Positions 37,612-47,892 of a stretch of 64,000 bases of DNA are shown here, one piece after another (the first letter of the stretch is position 1; the number at the start of each line of letters is the position of its first letter). Both the position numbers and the translations under genes were made by a program. The notes below the pieces were generated by a model. The model did not search any database. It was not told the DNA's origin and worked only from the letters and a program-made list of their open reading frames with translations. Source of the DNA: Patescibacteria group bacterium (lineage in GTDB: Bacteria > Patescibacteriota > Patescibacteriia > UBA1558 > GWA2-36-10); the NCBI GenBank assembly GCA_041650755.1, contig JBAZKN010000005.1, positions 580 through 64,579 on the forward strand, given 5' to 3'.

Positions 37612-38346
37612 ATGAGTAACTACAATTTTTGGAATCGTTGGCAACATAAAACCAGAATAGAAAAAATAGCCATCCAACAAGTCATCAAAACCAGAAGGCT
37701 TGTGAGGAAGGCTGTGCCAGCCAAGGGGCTGGTAGCTATTTATATTAAGGGCAGTTTTGTCAGGCGGGAGATGACCCCGGTCAGTGATGTTGACATGGTG
37801 CCAATAGTTACAGCCAATAGTTATGAAGGACAAGTTTTTGAGCTGAATGATAAAGATATTAGTCCGGTAATGATAATACCCCTGTCCTTGTGGGAGCTCA
37901 AACATAATCGTTTATTTTCCCAAACAGATATAACGCCTGACACTAGGGCTCTACCCGATATTTTTTTAAAGAAATTAGATCAATATAAATTAATCTACGG
38001 TCGGCCGCTTGATCCAAATAAATTTCCTATTAGATCCGATAAAGTTTTGTTGCGGTCAGCTATCCAGAAAATAAAAAAAGCATATATTCCGGCCTATCTT
38101 TCTGGTAAGATTGGCTTGGCTACTTTAGCCAAAGAGTTTTTTTGGCTTGTGGAGCTAGAACAAAATATTCAAGGCCAGAAAGTACAGCATTCCTTTAGTG
38201 GTATCATGAAGGCTGTATCAGACAAAGAACACCTTGTCCACAAAGCTTATTATCTAAAAAATAGTTCTCGCTTAAGTAAACTGGTAAAGCAAAAATTTAT
38301 ATATCAGTTAAAAAAATATTTACAAAACTTAGAGAAATCGTCATAA
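37612..38346 (+). CDS. Nucleotidyltransferase-domain protein (Pol-beta superfamily; ANT/KNTase-like)
   Basis: 'GSFVRREMTPVSDVDMV' matches the G[SG]...[DE]hD[hv] nucleotidyltransferase motif. Confidence 0.45.
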   Translation: MSNYNFWNRWQHKTRIEKIAIQQVIKTRRLVRKAVPAKGLVAIYIKGSFVRREMTPVSDVDMVPIVTANSYEGQVFELNDKDISPVMIIPLSLWELKHNRLFSQTDITPDTRALPDIFLKKLDQYKLIYGRPLDPNKFPIRSDKVLLRSAIQKIKKAYIPAYLSGKIGLATLAKEFFWLVELEQNIQGQKVQHSFSGIMKAVSDKEHLVHKAYYLKNSSRLSKLVKQKFIYQLKKYLQNLEKSS

Positions 38347-38458
38347 TTTGGTGACACAAAAAAGTAGCATAAAACTCTTTTAATTTAATACAAAAAATGT
38401 TATAATACCTCTACCTTCAAGAGGTTTTTTGAGTGTTTATTTTTAAATTATAGTATAT

Positions 38459-38830
38459 ATGAAAGTTGGGCATTCGGCCGTTATCTATGTCATTATTTTT
38501 GTAGTTTTAGCCGGTTTTTTCTTCTTGTTTTATGATAAAGGCAGTTCCCAGAATAAAATTTTACTCCAGACCCTGTCTTGCCAGTCAGACAAAATTGATA
38601 AAAGCGTGCTTGATTTAGATGGCCGCACCAGCCTGATAGGCGCGTTTATTAGCTTCAAGCAGGTGCCCATCAGTCAGGATACCAGACAGCATTTGGCCAA
38701 ATTAGACATAAAAATAGACGAAAATAGCTGGATTTTTGACTATGCACGGGCAGAAATTCCTACCCGCAGTCTTTGCGGTTTAGTCAAAGACGATAATATC
38801 ATCTCGGTCTTTATACCGAAATTAAATTAA
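38459..38830 (+). CDS. Membrane-anchored hypothetical protein
   Basis: N-terminal TM helix. Confidence 0.3.
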   Translation: MKVGHSAVIYVIIFVVLAGFFFLFYDKGSSQNKILLQTLSCQSDKIDKSVLDLDGRTSLIGAFISFKQVPISQDTRQHLAKLDIKIDENSWIFDYARAEIPTRSLCGLVKDDNIISVFIPKLN

Positions 38831-38833
38831 AGT

Positions 38834-39994
38834 ATGCAATTAAAAAAAATCCAAGACATTGACGAATTTGACTCGCAGAGAGTTTTGTTGCGTCTGGATC
38901 TAAATGTGCCCATCAAGAATGGCCAGGTAGCCAAAGGAGGAGAAGAGCGCTTGTTGAGATCTTTGCCGACTATAAAATATTTGCGCGCTCAAGGAGCTAA
39001 AATTATAATTGTGGCTCACCTGGGCAGGCCGGAGGGCAGGACGGTCAGAAAATATTCTTTGCGTCCGGTAGCCAATAAATTGAGCAAGATGCTGCGCGCT
39101 CCGGTGGAGTTTTGGCCGGGCAACATCTCAAAATATTATTCCGCTAGCCGTCGACTGTCAGCCGGCCAAGTAGTGATGCTGGAAAATATCCGTTTCCAAC
39201 CCAAAGAACAGAAGAATTGCAAAAAATTAGCCAAGCGCCTCAGCCAATTGGCTGATATCTATGTCAATGATGCTTTTGGCAATATTCATCGCCTTGACAG
39301 CTCCATGCATGCCATCACTTATTTTCTGCCCAGCTATGCCGGATTTTTGCTGCAGGATGAAGTAAAATATTTATCCGAAGTTTTGGCTACTCGCGATGGC
39401 CTGATGGTCATCTTGGGTGGCGCCAAAGTATCTACCAAGATTGATCTGATCAAAAAATTTGTACAGATTGCCGATCGCATACTGATGGGCGGCGCCATAG
39501 CCAATACTCTACTAGCGGCCAGGGGTCTGCATGTGGGCCATTCGGTCTATGATACTGATATGGTAGATAGCGCCAAGTATTTATTATTCAAAAAAGTGAT
39601 TTTACCACAAGATCTAGTGGTCTGCAACACTTTGAATAGCAAGCAGTGCCGGACAGTGCCGGTCGATAAGGTGGCCGATAAAGATGTGATTGTCGACTTG
39701 GGGCCCCAGACCATCAAGTATTACCTGGGGATTTTGAAAAAGGCCAAGCTGATAGTTTGGAATGGGCCGCTGGGTTATTTTGAAAATTCCAAGGGTGCCC
39801 GGGCTTCAGAGATATTACTGAAGTCAATCCACAAATTGCCCGGCAAGACTATTGTAGGTGGCGGTGAGACTGTAGAGCTGGTCAATCGCCTGAAAATAAA
39901 AAATAAATTTACTTTTGTTTCCACTGGCGGCGGTGCCATGCTGGCTTTTTTGCAGGGCGATAAGCTGCCGGTTTTGGAACGACTTATCATTTAG
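38834..39994 (+). CDS. pgk: Phosphoglycerate kinase
   Basis: 'VLLRLDLNVPI', 'IIIVAHLGRP', C-terminal 'STGGGA'. Confidence 0.9.
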   Translation: MQLKKIQDIDEFDSQRVLLRLDLNVPIKNGQVAKGGEERLLRSLPTIKYLRAQGAKIIIVAHLGRPEGRTVRKYSLRPVANKLSKMLRAPVEFWPGNISKYYSASRRLSAGQVVMLENIRFQPKEQKNCKKLAKRLSQLADIYVNDAFGNIHRLDSSMHAITYFLPSYAGFLLQDEVKYLSEVLATRDGLMVILGGAKVSTKIDLIKKFVQIADRILMGGAIANTLLAARGLHVGHSVYDTDMVDSAKYLLFKKVILPQDLVVCNTLNSKQCRTVPVDKVADKDVIVDLGPQTIKYYLGILKKAKLIVWNGPLGYFENSKGARASEILLKSIHKLPGKTIVGGGETVELVNRLKIKNKFTFVSTGGGAMLAFLQGDKLPVLERLII

Positions 39995-40036
39995 CAACTT
40001 TTGACTTTATAAGCTTCTAACTTTGTACTGAATATC

Positions 40037-41314
40037 ATGCCATTGAAAATAAAAAAAATTAGCGCCTTGGAGATTCTGGATTCGCGTGGCAATCCAACTG
40101 TCGAAGTGACCGTGACTTTAAACAACGGTCTGGTGGGCGTGTCGGCTGTGCCATCAGGCGCTTCTACCGGGCGCTGGGAAGCCTTTGAATTGCGCGATAA
40201 TGATCAGTCTCGTTATAATGGCCAGGGAGTGCTCAAGGCCGTGCAAAACGTAAATACAGTTATTAATCAGGCTTTAACTGGCCTGGATGTCAACGAACAA
40301 GCAAAAATTGACCAACTGATGATCAAGCTGGACGGCACGAAAAATAAAAGCAAATTAGGGGCCAATGCTATTTTGGGAGTGTCCTTGGCTTGCGCTATCA
40401 GCGCTGCTAAAGCCAATAATTTGCAGCTCTTCCAATATTTGCGCCAATTATATGACAATAAGATAAAAGAGTATAAATTGCCTACGCCAGTGGTCAATGT
40501 GATCAATGGCGGCAAGCACGGCAGCACCAATATAAACATCCAGGAATTTTGGCTGGTGCCCATTAAAGCTAAGACTTTTGCCGAAAAGTTGAGGCAGGCC
40601 AGCGAGGTTTTTCATAATTTAGGTGCGTGTCTGCAGGAAGTGGGCTTGGATACTGATTTGGGCAACGAAGGCGGCTACTCTCCGGAAGTAAAATCCCATA
40701 GCCAAATTTTTGAGTTGCTGATGCAGGCCATTGCCAAAACTAAATTGGTGGCAGATCAGGACATGGTCTTGGGTATCGATGCTGGCGCTTCTGTTTTTTA
40801 TGACAGCGCCAAGGAGCTATATAGCTTGCCTTTGGAGGGCGGCCTATTTAGCGCCGAGGAGCTGATGGATTTTTATCTGCATTGGATGAGCATCTATCCC
40901 ATACATTTTTTAGAAGACCCTTTTGATCAAGAGGATTGGAATGCCTGGCAGCAATTTACTGTCGATGATTATGTCAGAAATAATGAGATCAGGGTGATTG
41001 GCGATGATTTGTTTGTCACCAATGTAAAGCGTCTGGAAAAAGGGGCGTCTTTGGGTGCAGCAAATACTATCCTCATAAAGCCCAATCAAATAGGCACCTT
41101 GTCAGAAACTTTGGCTACTATACGCTATGCTCAAAAGCACAAGTATCAGGTGATGGTCTCTCATCGCAGCGGTGAAACCGAGGATACTACTATTGCCGAT
41201 TTGGCGGTGGCTGTCAATGCTGATTATATCAAGATCGGCTCGACTGCCAGGGGCGAGCGGATAGTAAAATATAATCGTTTGCTGAATATTGAAGACAGAT
41301 TAAAACATTATTAA
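40037..41314 (+). CDS. eno: Enolase
   Basis: 'ILDSRGNPTVEV', 'SHRSGETEDTTIADLAVA', 'IKPNQIGTLSET'. Confidence 0.95.
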   Translation: MPLKIKKISALEILDSRGNPTVEVTVTLNNGLVGVSAVPSGASTGRWEAFELRDNDQSRYNGQGVLKAVQNVNTVINQALTGLDVNEQAKIDQLMIKLDGTKNKSKLGANAILGVSLACAISAAKANNLQLFQYLRQLYDNKIKEYKLPTPVVNVINGGKHGSTNINIQEFWLVPIKAKTFAEKLRQASEVFHNLGACLQEVGLDTDLGNEGGYSPEVKSHSQIFELLMQAIAKTKLVADQDMVLGIDAGASVFYDSAKELYSLPLEGGLFSAEELMDFYLHWMSIYPIHFLEDPFDQEDWNAWQQFTVDDYVRNNEIRVIGDDLFVTNVKRLEKGASLGAANTILIKPNQIGTLSETLATIRYAQKHKYQVMVSHRSGETEDTTIADLAVAVNADYIKIGSTARGERIVKYNRLLNIEDRLKHY

Positions 41315-41320
41315 TTTTTT

Positions 41321-42901
41321 ATGCCAAAATTTCATCTTGATATTAGTAAGGATAATTTACCAATTGTGCTGGTTATTTTGGATGGCTGGGGCTTGAACCG
41401 CGAGGTGACTGGCAATGCCATAGCGCTAGCCAAAACGCCGGTGATCAACAATTTATATAAAAAATATCCCAATATAAAATTGCACGCCTCAGGCAAATCA
41501 GTGGGCCTGCCTTTGCATCAGCCGGGCAACTCCGAAGCGGGGCATATGAATATTGGTGCTGGTCGTTTGGTGGAGCAGGATGCGGTTTTGATATCGCGCT
41601 CTATCAACAATGGCACTTTTTTCAAAAATCCGGCCTGGTTGCAGGTAGCCAAGCACGTTGCCAAACATCAATCAAACATTCATTTGATGGGACTTTTGTC
41701 GGATGTTTCTAGTCCGCATTCGGATATGGATCATCTTTTATCCTTGATTAATTTTTTTACGCGCAAGAGCAAGCGGCCGATTTATTTGCATTTATTTACC
41801 GATGGCCGCGACAGCCCGCGTTTTGCTGCCCTAAAAATTTTGGCTCATTACCAAAAGATATTCAATAACGACCGTCTGCACATTGCTAGCATTATGGGCC
41901 GTTTTTATTCCATGGATCGCAAAAAAGCCTGGGAGCGTACCCAAGCCGCCTATGAGGCCATGGTTTCGGGTAAGGGTTTGACTGCTGAATCTGCTGAATC
42001 TGCTGTCAGCCAAGCCTATAATCGCGGCGAGAGTGATGAGTTTATCAAACCCACGGTGATCATGGAAAATCATAAGCCAATAGGTCTCATCGGTGATCAG
42101 GACGCGGTGGTGTTTTTTAACCTGCGGTCAGACAGAGCCAGGCAATTGTCCAAGGCTTTTGTCCAGCCGGATTTTAATAAAAAAAATCCCGGCTCTTTTA
42201 AGCGTAGCAAGTGGCCAAAGAATTTACTCTTTGTCGCTTTGACCGATTTTGGGCCAGACCTTGATAGCATCATGACTGCTTATCCAGGCATTGATATAAA
42301 CGATACTTTAGTGATGGCCTTGCACGATTTTCGCCAGCTGTATATTGCCGAAACAGAAAAATATGCCCATGTCACTTATTTTTTCAATGGCGGCTACGAC
42401 CATGCTTTGGTTGGTGAAAAAAGGGTCAATATTCCTTCGGTGCTGGTTGACTCTTATGACCAGCAGCCGGCCATGTCGGCCAAAGAAATCACTAAGTATG
42501 TTATTAAGGCCCTGAAAAATAAGGCTTATGACTTTATCGCTATCAACTTTGCCAACCCAGATATGGTGGGGCATACCGGTAATTTGCAGGCCGGCATCAA
42601 AGCAGTGGAAACGGTTGATCAATCTTTGGGTGAAATAGTTAAAGAAGTCGGCAAACAGCACGGCACGGTTGTCATTACTGCCGATCATGGCAATGTCGAA
42701 GAAATGATAAATCTAAAAACTGGCGAAGTTGATACTGAGCACTCTAGCAATCTAGTGCCTTTAATCATTGTCAATGATCATGTTAAATTTAAATTAAAAG
42801 ACAGCGGCAGTTTGTCGAATATTGCTCCGACGATTTTGGATATCATGCAGGTTTACCAGCCTGAAGGTATGACTGCCAAATCATTAATTGTTAAAAAATA
42901 A
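41321..42901 (+). CDS. gpmI: 2,3-bisphosphoglycerate-independent phosphoglycerate mutase (paralog 1)
   Basis: 'LVILDGWG', 'HVTYFFNGG', 'NFANPDMVGHTG', 'TADHGN'. Confidence 0.85.
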   Translation: MPKFHLDISKDNLPIVLVILDGWGLNREVTGNAIALAKTPVINNLYKKYPNIKLHASGKSVGLPLHQPGNSEAGHMNIGAGRLVEQDAVLISRSINNGTFFKNPAWLQVAKHVAKHQSNIHLMGLLSDVSSPHSDMDHLLSLINFFTRKSKRPIYLHLFTDGRDSPRFAALKILAHYQKIFNNDRLHIASIMGRFYSMDRKKAWERTQAAYEAMVSGKGLTAESAESAVSQAYNRGESDEFIKPTVIMENHKPIGLIGDQDAVVFFNLRSDRARQLSKAFVQPDFNKKNPGSFKRSKWPKNLLFVALTDFGPDLDSIMTAYPGIDINDTLVMALHDFRQLYIAETEKYAHVTYFFNGGYDHALVGEKRVNIPSVLVDSYDQQPAMSAKEITKYVIKALKNKAYDFIAINFANPDMVGHTGNLQAGIKAVETVDQSLGEIVKEVGKQHGTVVITADHGNVEEMINLKTGEVDTEHSSNLVPLIIVNDHVKFKLKDSGSLSNIAPTILDIMQVYQPEGMTAKSLIVKK

Positions 42902-42920
42902 AAATTAAATTTCTAACGGA

Positions 42921-44498
42921 ATGAATAGACCCAGACCAGTAGTTTTGATTATTTTAGATGGTTTTGGTATTGCTCCCCCCAGCCGCGCTAATGCTATATC
43001 TTTGGCTAAAACTCCAAATTTTGATAAATACTCAAATCATTATCCGCTCATGCCGATTGCGGCGGCTGGCGAAGCAGTGGGTTTGTCTTGGGGTGAGATG
43101 GGCAACTCGCAGGTCGGCCACTTGTCTTTGGGGTCTGGCCTTATTCCTTATCAAAATTTACCGCGCATCAACAAAGCGATTACCGATGGCAGCTTTTTTA
43201 AGAATGAGGCTTTTTTGGCAGCCATCAAGCACGCTAAAGACAAAAATAGCGCTTTGCATCTGATTGGCCTAGTCAGTTCGGGCGGTGTGCACAGCTACAA
43301 TGAGCATTTATACGCTTTGATTGAATTGGCTCATCAGCATAAAGTCAGTCGTGTTTGCATACATGCTTTTTTGGATGGTCGCGATACTTTGTATAATAGC
43401 GGTTTGAATTTTATCATCAAATTGCAGGAAAAGCTGGTCAGTGTCGGCACCGGAGTGATCGCCACCATTAGCGGCCGCTTTTGGGCTATGGACAGGGACA
43501 ATCGCTGGGACAGGATAGCCAAAGCTTATGCAGCCATGGTTGATGGCCAGAGTGATGAGCTGGCTAGTGATCCGGCGATTGCTATCCAAAAATCTTATGC
43601 GCAAAATATTTATGATGAGCAATTAGTGCCGACAGTGATTATTGATGACTTGGGTAAGCCCAAGGGAAAGATTAGCGACGGTGATGCTGTGATATTTTTT
43701 AATTTTCGTTCTGATCGGGCCAGACAGTTGACCGAGGCTTTGACTGTGCCGGGTTTTGAGAAATTTTCTCGAACATATTTCAAAAATTTATCGATGGTCA
43801 CCATGACCGAATATGAAAAGGACTTGCCGGTTAAGGTAGCTTTTCCGCCCCTGACCATTGACACGCCTTTGGCGCGGGTGATTTCTGAAGCCGGACTCAA
43901 GCAGTTGCACATTGCTGAAACGGAAAAGTATGCCCATGTCACTTATTTTTTTAATGGTGGCCAAGAGCAGATCTACCCCGGAGAAGACAGGATTTTAGTG
44001 CCGTCGCCGCAAGTTGCTTCATACGATCAAAAACCTGATATGTCAGCCAGAGAGATTACCAGCAAAGTCAGCCAGGCCATCAAAGAGGGCAAATATGATT
44101 TTATTGTGATAAATTTTGCCAATCCAGATATGGTGGCCCATACCGGCAATATTCAGGCTACGGTGCAAGCCATTGAAACCCTTGATCAATTGGCCGGGGA
44201 GATAGTGGATACCACCTTGTCTTATGAGGGCGTGGTTTTGATCACTGCCGATCATGGCAATGCCGAAGGTTTGTTTGATCTGCAGACTGGCGAGATAGAC
44301 AAAGAACACAGCAGCAATCCTGTGCCTCTGTTTATCGTCGGTAAAGATTTTACCGGTAAAAGCGTTTTGGCCGGCATGACCAGCACTGATTTGAGCCGCA
44401 TCACTCCAGTGGGAGTGCTGGCCGATGTGGCGCCGACTATTTTAAAAATTATGGGTCTCAAAAAGCCGCCCCAGATGACGGGCAGCCCATTGATATAA
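42921..44498 (+). CDS. gpmI: 2,3-bisphosphoglycerate-independent phosphoglycerate mutase (paralog 2, tandem duplicate)
   Basis: 'LIILDGFG', 'HVTYFFNGG', 'NFANPDMVAHTG', 'TADHGN'. Confidence 0.85.
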   Translation: MNRPRPVVLIILDGFGIAPPSRANAISLAKTPNFDKYSNHYPLMPIAAAGEAVGLSWGEMGNSQVGHLSLGSGLIPYQNLPRINKAITDGSFFKNEAFLAAIKHAKDKNSALHLIGLVSSGGVHSYNEHLYALIELAHQHKVSRVCIHAFLDGRDTLYNSGLNFIIKLQEKLVSVGTGVIATISGRFWAMDRDNRWDRIAKAYAAMVDGQSDELASDPAIAIQKSYAQNIYDEQLVPTVIIDDLGKPKGKISDGDAVIFFNFRSDRARQLTEALTVPGFEKFSRTYFKNLSMVTMTEYEKDLPVKVAFPPLTIDTPLARVISEAGLKQLHIAETEKYAHVTYFFNGGQEQIYPGEDRILVPSPQVASYDQKPDMSAREITSKVSQAIKEGKYDFIVINFANPDMVAHTGNIQATVQAIETLDQLAGEIVDTTLSYEGVVLITADHGNAEGLFDLQTGEIDKEHSSNPVPLFIVGKDFTGKSVLAGMTSTDLSRITPVGVLADVAPTILKIMGLKKPPQMTGSPLI

Positions 44499-44509
44499 TT
44501 TTGCAGGAT

Positions 44510-44995
44510 TTATTTTGGCCAAACTTGGATTAGTATTATAGTCACCACTAGACCAAGCAGGATACCGACTATCACTTCGCTATTTTTATGGCCAAAACGT
44601 TCTTCTAGGACCGGATAATGATATTCTCTCTCATCGGGCAATTCTTTGATCAGCTGATTGATCAATCGGCTGTTTTTGCCGATCTGCCATCTGATGCCGG
44701 TGGCATCGCGGATGATCAGCAGAGCAAGAACCAGAGCCAGGGCAAAGGCCGGGGAATTTAATCCCTGATAATAGGCCATGCAATAAACCAAAGAAGTCAC
44801 AGTAGCCGCATGTGAAGATGGCATGCCGCCATAGCTTAGGATAGAAAACCAGGTAAAACGGCCGCGAAATATTTCTAGCAGCACTTTGACTATTTGATTG
44901 ACAAACATGACCACCAAAGGGATGAGAAATAGTTGATACATATTGATTTTTATTATAAACTTTAATCTGTGGAATGCTAGTTTGTTTTGATCCAC
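44510..44995 (-). CDS. Divergent PAP2/acid-phosphatase-like membrane protein (DUF212/YuiD-like)
   Basis: 'GGMPSSHAATVTSL' PSGH-type motif. 3-4 TM helices. The true start may be the internal Met (MYQLF...). Confidence 0.55.
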   Translation of the reverse strand: MDQNKLAFHRLKFIIKINMYQLFLIPLVVMFVNQIVKVLLEIFRGRFTWFSILSYGGMPSSHAATVTSLVYCMAYYQGLNSPAFALALVLALLIIRDATGIRWQIGKNSRLINQLIKELPDEREYHYPVLEERFGHKNSEVIVGILLGLVVTIILIQVWPK

Positions 44996-45028
44996 AGGTA
45001 AATTATAGCAAACTTAGGGCAAAAAACA

Positions 45029-45781
45029 ATGAATCCGATACAAATAATTATTTTGGGCGCTGTTCAAGGCATTACCGAGTGGCTGCCGATATCCAGCGAT
45101 GGGCATCTAGTGGTTTTAGAAAAAATCATGCGTTTGGCAGTGACCGTATCTTTTGATGTCTTTTTGCATCTGGGAAGTTTGTTGGTGATTTTAATTTTTT
45201 TCCGCCAGCCGCTGGTGGAGTTTCTAAAACATCTTTTTGGCCGACCGAGTCAGTGGCCTATTGAGAGAAACAGGTGGTGGCTATATTTATTGATTAGCAC
45301 AGTAGTGACCGGCATTTTGGGCTTGTCATTTTATCCTTATATTGAAAACTTTCGAACTATTGGTTTTGCTGCTAATGGATTTTTATTCACTAGTCTGTTT
45401 TTATTGGCTACTCGCTGGTCAAAGTCAGGCCGCTCAATCGGCTACCCAGAGGCATTTGTACTAGGTTTGGTGCAGGGTTTGGCTGTTTTGCCCGGAGTTT
45501 CACGCAGTGGCTTAGTTTTATCTCTGGCTTTATTGCTGGGTGCCAAGAAAGAAGATGCTTTTGATTATACTTTTTTCTTGGCTGTGCCGGCTATTATAGC
45601 CGCTTTTGTTTTGGCCGTTAAAGATCTCGCCTGGCAGCCGATATACTTGCTTGGTTTATTGATGACAATAATTGTCGGTTTGCTGGCTCTGTTTTTGCTA
45701 AGAAATATTGTGCAGCGCGATAAACTTTATTGGTTCTGCATATATACTTTTGTTTTAGCCATGGTTTTAAAATTATTATAA
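45029..45781 (+). CDS. uppP: Undecaprenyl-diphosphatase
   Basis: 'ILGAVQGITEWLPISSDGHL', 'PGVSRSG'. Confidence 0.9.
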   Translation: MNPIQIIILGAVQGITEWLPISSDGHLVVLEKIMRLAVTVSFDVFLHLGSLLVILIFFRQPLVEFLKHLFGRPSQWPIERNRWWLYLLISTVVTGILGLSFYPYIENFRTIGFAANGFLFTSLFLLATRWSKSGRSIGYPEAFVLGLVQGLAVLPGVSRSGLVLSLALLLGAKKEDAFDYTFFLAVPAIIAAFVLAVKDLAWQPIYLLGLLMTIIVGLLALFLLRNIVQRDKLYWFCIYTFVLAMVLKLL

Positions 45782-45788
45782 ATTTTTT

Positions 45789-46787
45789 ATGAAAACTTGG
45801 CGAAGAATATTTTTCTTTATTGTGCTGCTGGGTATTATCTTGATTGGCGGGTTTGCCTATGGCTTGTTTAGCGGCAATGATAAAGCGGCTCAAAATCTTG
45901 TCATCAGTAGCGGCCAGGGAGTCAACCAAGTGAGCGCTGACCTTAAGGCAGTCGGTTTAATAAAAAGCAAGCTGGTTTTTGAAACTTGGCTGTGGCTTTT
46001 GCATTCAGAAAATAGAGTGGTAGCCGGAGCTTATAATCTGCCGGCCGATATCTCTATTTACCGTCTGGTGAATCTGATTACTTCTCTGCCGGTCAATCAG
46101 CAGCAGTCAATACTTTTGCCCGAGGGCTTGGATCGCCAAATGATTGCCGATATTTTGGATAAAAAAGGCTTGTCGGGCGATGATTTTTTATCGGTGACTA
46201 AAAAAATTGCCGACTGGCAGCTGGCCTATGATTTTTTGGCTGATGCCCCCAAAAACGCTACTTTAGAGGGCTATATTTTTCCTGATACTTATTTTGTGGA
46301 TAATTATACTACCATTATAGATTTTATCGACAAAACTTTGAATAATTTTGATAAAAAATTGACAGCCGGCCTGCGCCAAGAAATAAAAAACCAACGCAAA
46401 ACTATTTTTGCAGTAGTTACCCTAGCCTCTATTATTGAAAGGGAAGTGCCGAATGACCAAGATAAAAAAATGATTGCCGATATTTTTTTGAAGCGCCTGA
46501 AAATCGGCATGGCCCTGCAATCTGATGCCACGATCAATTTTATTACCGGCAAAGGCTTGGTCCAGCCCACGGCCAAAGATCTGGCAGTTGATTCACCCTA
46601 CAATACGTATAAAAATCCAGGGCTGCCGCCCGGACCGATTTCTAACCCGGGGATAAAGAGCATAGAGGCAGTCTTATATCCGACTGATAATCCTTATTAT
46701 TATTTTTTGACTACCAAAGAGGGGAAAGTGATTTATAGTAAGACTTATCAGGAACACTTGAAGAATAAGGCGAAGTATTTGGATTAG
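45789..46787 (+). CDS. mltG: Endolytic murein transglycosylase MltG (YceG-like)
   Basis: N-terminal TM. 'GYIFPDTY', 'LASIIEREV'. C-terminal 'YNTYKNPGLPPGPISNPG'. Confidence 0.85.
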   Translation: MKTWRRIFFFIVLLGIILIGGFAYGLFSGNDKAAQNLVISSGQGVNQVSADLKAVGLIKSKLVFETWLWLLHSENRVVAGAYNLPADISIYRLVNLITSLPVNQQQSILLPEGLDRQMIADILDKKGLSGDDFLSVTKKIADWQLAYDFLADAPKNATLEGYIFPDTYFVDNYTTIIDFIDKTLNNFDKKLTAGLRQEIKNQRKTIFAVVTLASIIEREVPNDQDKKMIADIFLKRLKIGMALQSDATINFITGKGLVQPTAKDLAVDSPYNTYKNPGLPPGPISNPGIKSIEAVLYPTDNPYYYFLTTKEGKVIYSKTYQEHLKNKAKYLD

Positions 46788-46790
46788 GAC

Positions 46791-46958
46791 TTTTTATGTC
46801 GGCGATACCTCCGGCGACATAGAGGCGGGTAAATATGCCGGCGTAAAGACTATTGGCATTAGTTGTGGTTTTCAGGATAAAGTCATTTTAGCTGGTTCTA
46901 AGCCTGATCATCTTATTGATGATATTAGAGAGATTAAAGATATAATAAACAATATATA
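46791..46958 (+). pseudogene. Remnant of a HAD phosphatase C-terminus (frameshifted fragment, no start)
   Basis: Translates 'FYVGDTSGDIEAGKYAGVKTIGI' (HAD motif IV). A 1-nt frameshift near 46860 follows, then 'SCGFQDKVILAGSKPDHLIDDIREIKDIINNI*'. Confidence 0.45.
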
Positions 46959-47164
46959 AAAAAATTATATAATGATTGTTTATAATTTTTTGTAATAAAA
47001 TAGGGGACTCGGTTGAGCCCCCCTTGCCCTGAGGTAGGGGTGCAAATTGCACTACTATTAAACATAACACAATATCATATTTTTTTAATTTTGTCAATAG
47101 TTTAATAAAATAAATATTTGACAACTTTTATTTTTTCCTTTATAATATCTACACAATTAATTTT

Positions 47165-47322
47165 AAATAACCGTAGACAGTGGGTTTTTTGGCTAATATT
47201 GGCCCCAATTAGACATAAGTGTCTAACGGGGTAAACCAAAATATAAATCCTACCGAGGTACAAAATACTTTTATTTAGTGTTTTAATGTCTGCGGTTGAT
47301 CGCAGATTTTTTAATAAAAAAC
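47165..47322 (+). promoter_or_regulatory. Putative rplJ (L10) leader / autoregulatory attenuator
   Basis: Structured 5' region directly upstream of rplJ. Ends in hairpin 'gtctgcggttgatcgcagat' plus a T6 run. Confidence 0.35.
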
Positions 47323-47323
47323 T

Positions 47324-47848
47324 ATGCCAAAGAATAAGCAACAAAAAGCCGAGATCTTAAAGAAAATTGAGGAAAAATTAAGCAAAAGTAAGACTATTGT
47401 TTTCAGTACTGACCAGGGTTTGAATGTCAAAGCTGTTCAGACTTTGCGCCAGCAATTAAAGCAAGAGGGCGCAGAATATTTGGTAGCCAAAAAGACTTTG
47501 GTCAAAAAAGCCACTAAAGATTTATTGGCTCCGGAAAAATTAGATGAGATTGAAGGTTCGGTTGGCTTAGTCTTGTCTTATGATGACGAAGTTACTGGTG
47601 CCAAGATTTTACACAAATTCGTCAAAGGCAACGAAAAGCTGGATATTGTCGGCGGTGTTTTGGAAAATAAATTTATCGATCGAGCCATGGTGCAGCGTTT
47701 GGCTATCTTGCCCGGACGCAATGAATTGCTGGCCAAGTTGCTGGGCTCTATCAAGTCGCCGATTAGCGGTTTGGTCGGAGTTTTGAGCGGCAATACCAGA
47801 AAATTGGTCTACGCCTTGAGCGCCATCAGGGATAAAAAAGCAAGTTAA
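47324..47848 (+). CDS. rplJ: 50S ribosomal protein L10
   Basis: Sequence and position upstream of rplL. Confidence 0.9.
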   Translation: MPKNKQQKAEILKKIEEKLSKSKTIVFSTDQGLNVKAVQTLRQQLKQEGAEYLVAKKTLVKKATKDLLAPEKLDEIEGSVGLVLSYDDEVTGAKILHKFVKGNEKLDIVGGVLENKFIDRAMVQRLAILPGRNELLAKLLGSIKSPISGLVGVLSGNTRKLVYALSAIRDKKAS

Positions 47849-47892
47849 TATTACATAACAAGCATTGATTAATTATTAATAATCATATAATT

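Noticed and set aside
41831-44461. Several minus-strand ORFs inside the two gpmI genes
   Set aside because: They lie antisense within conserved glycolytic genes.
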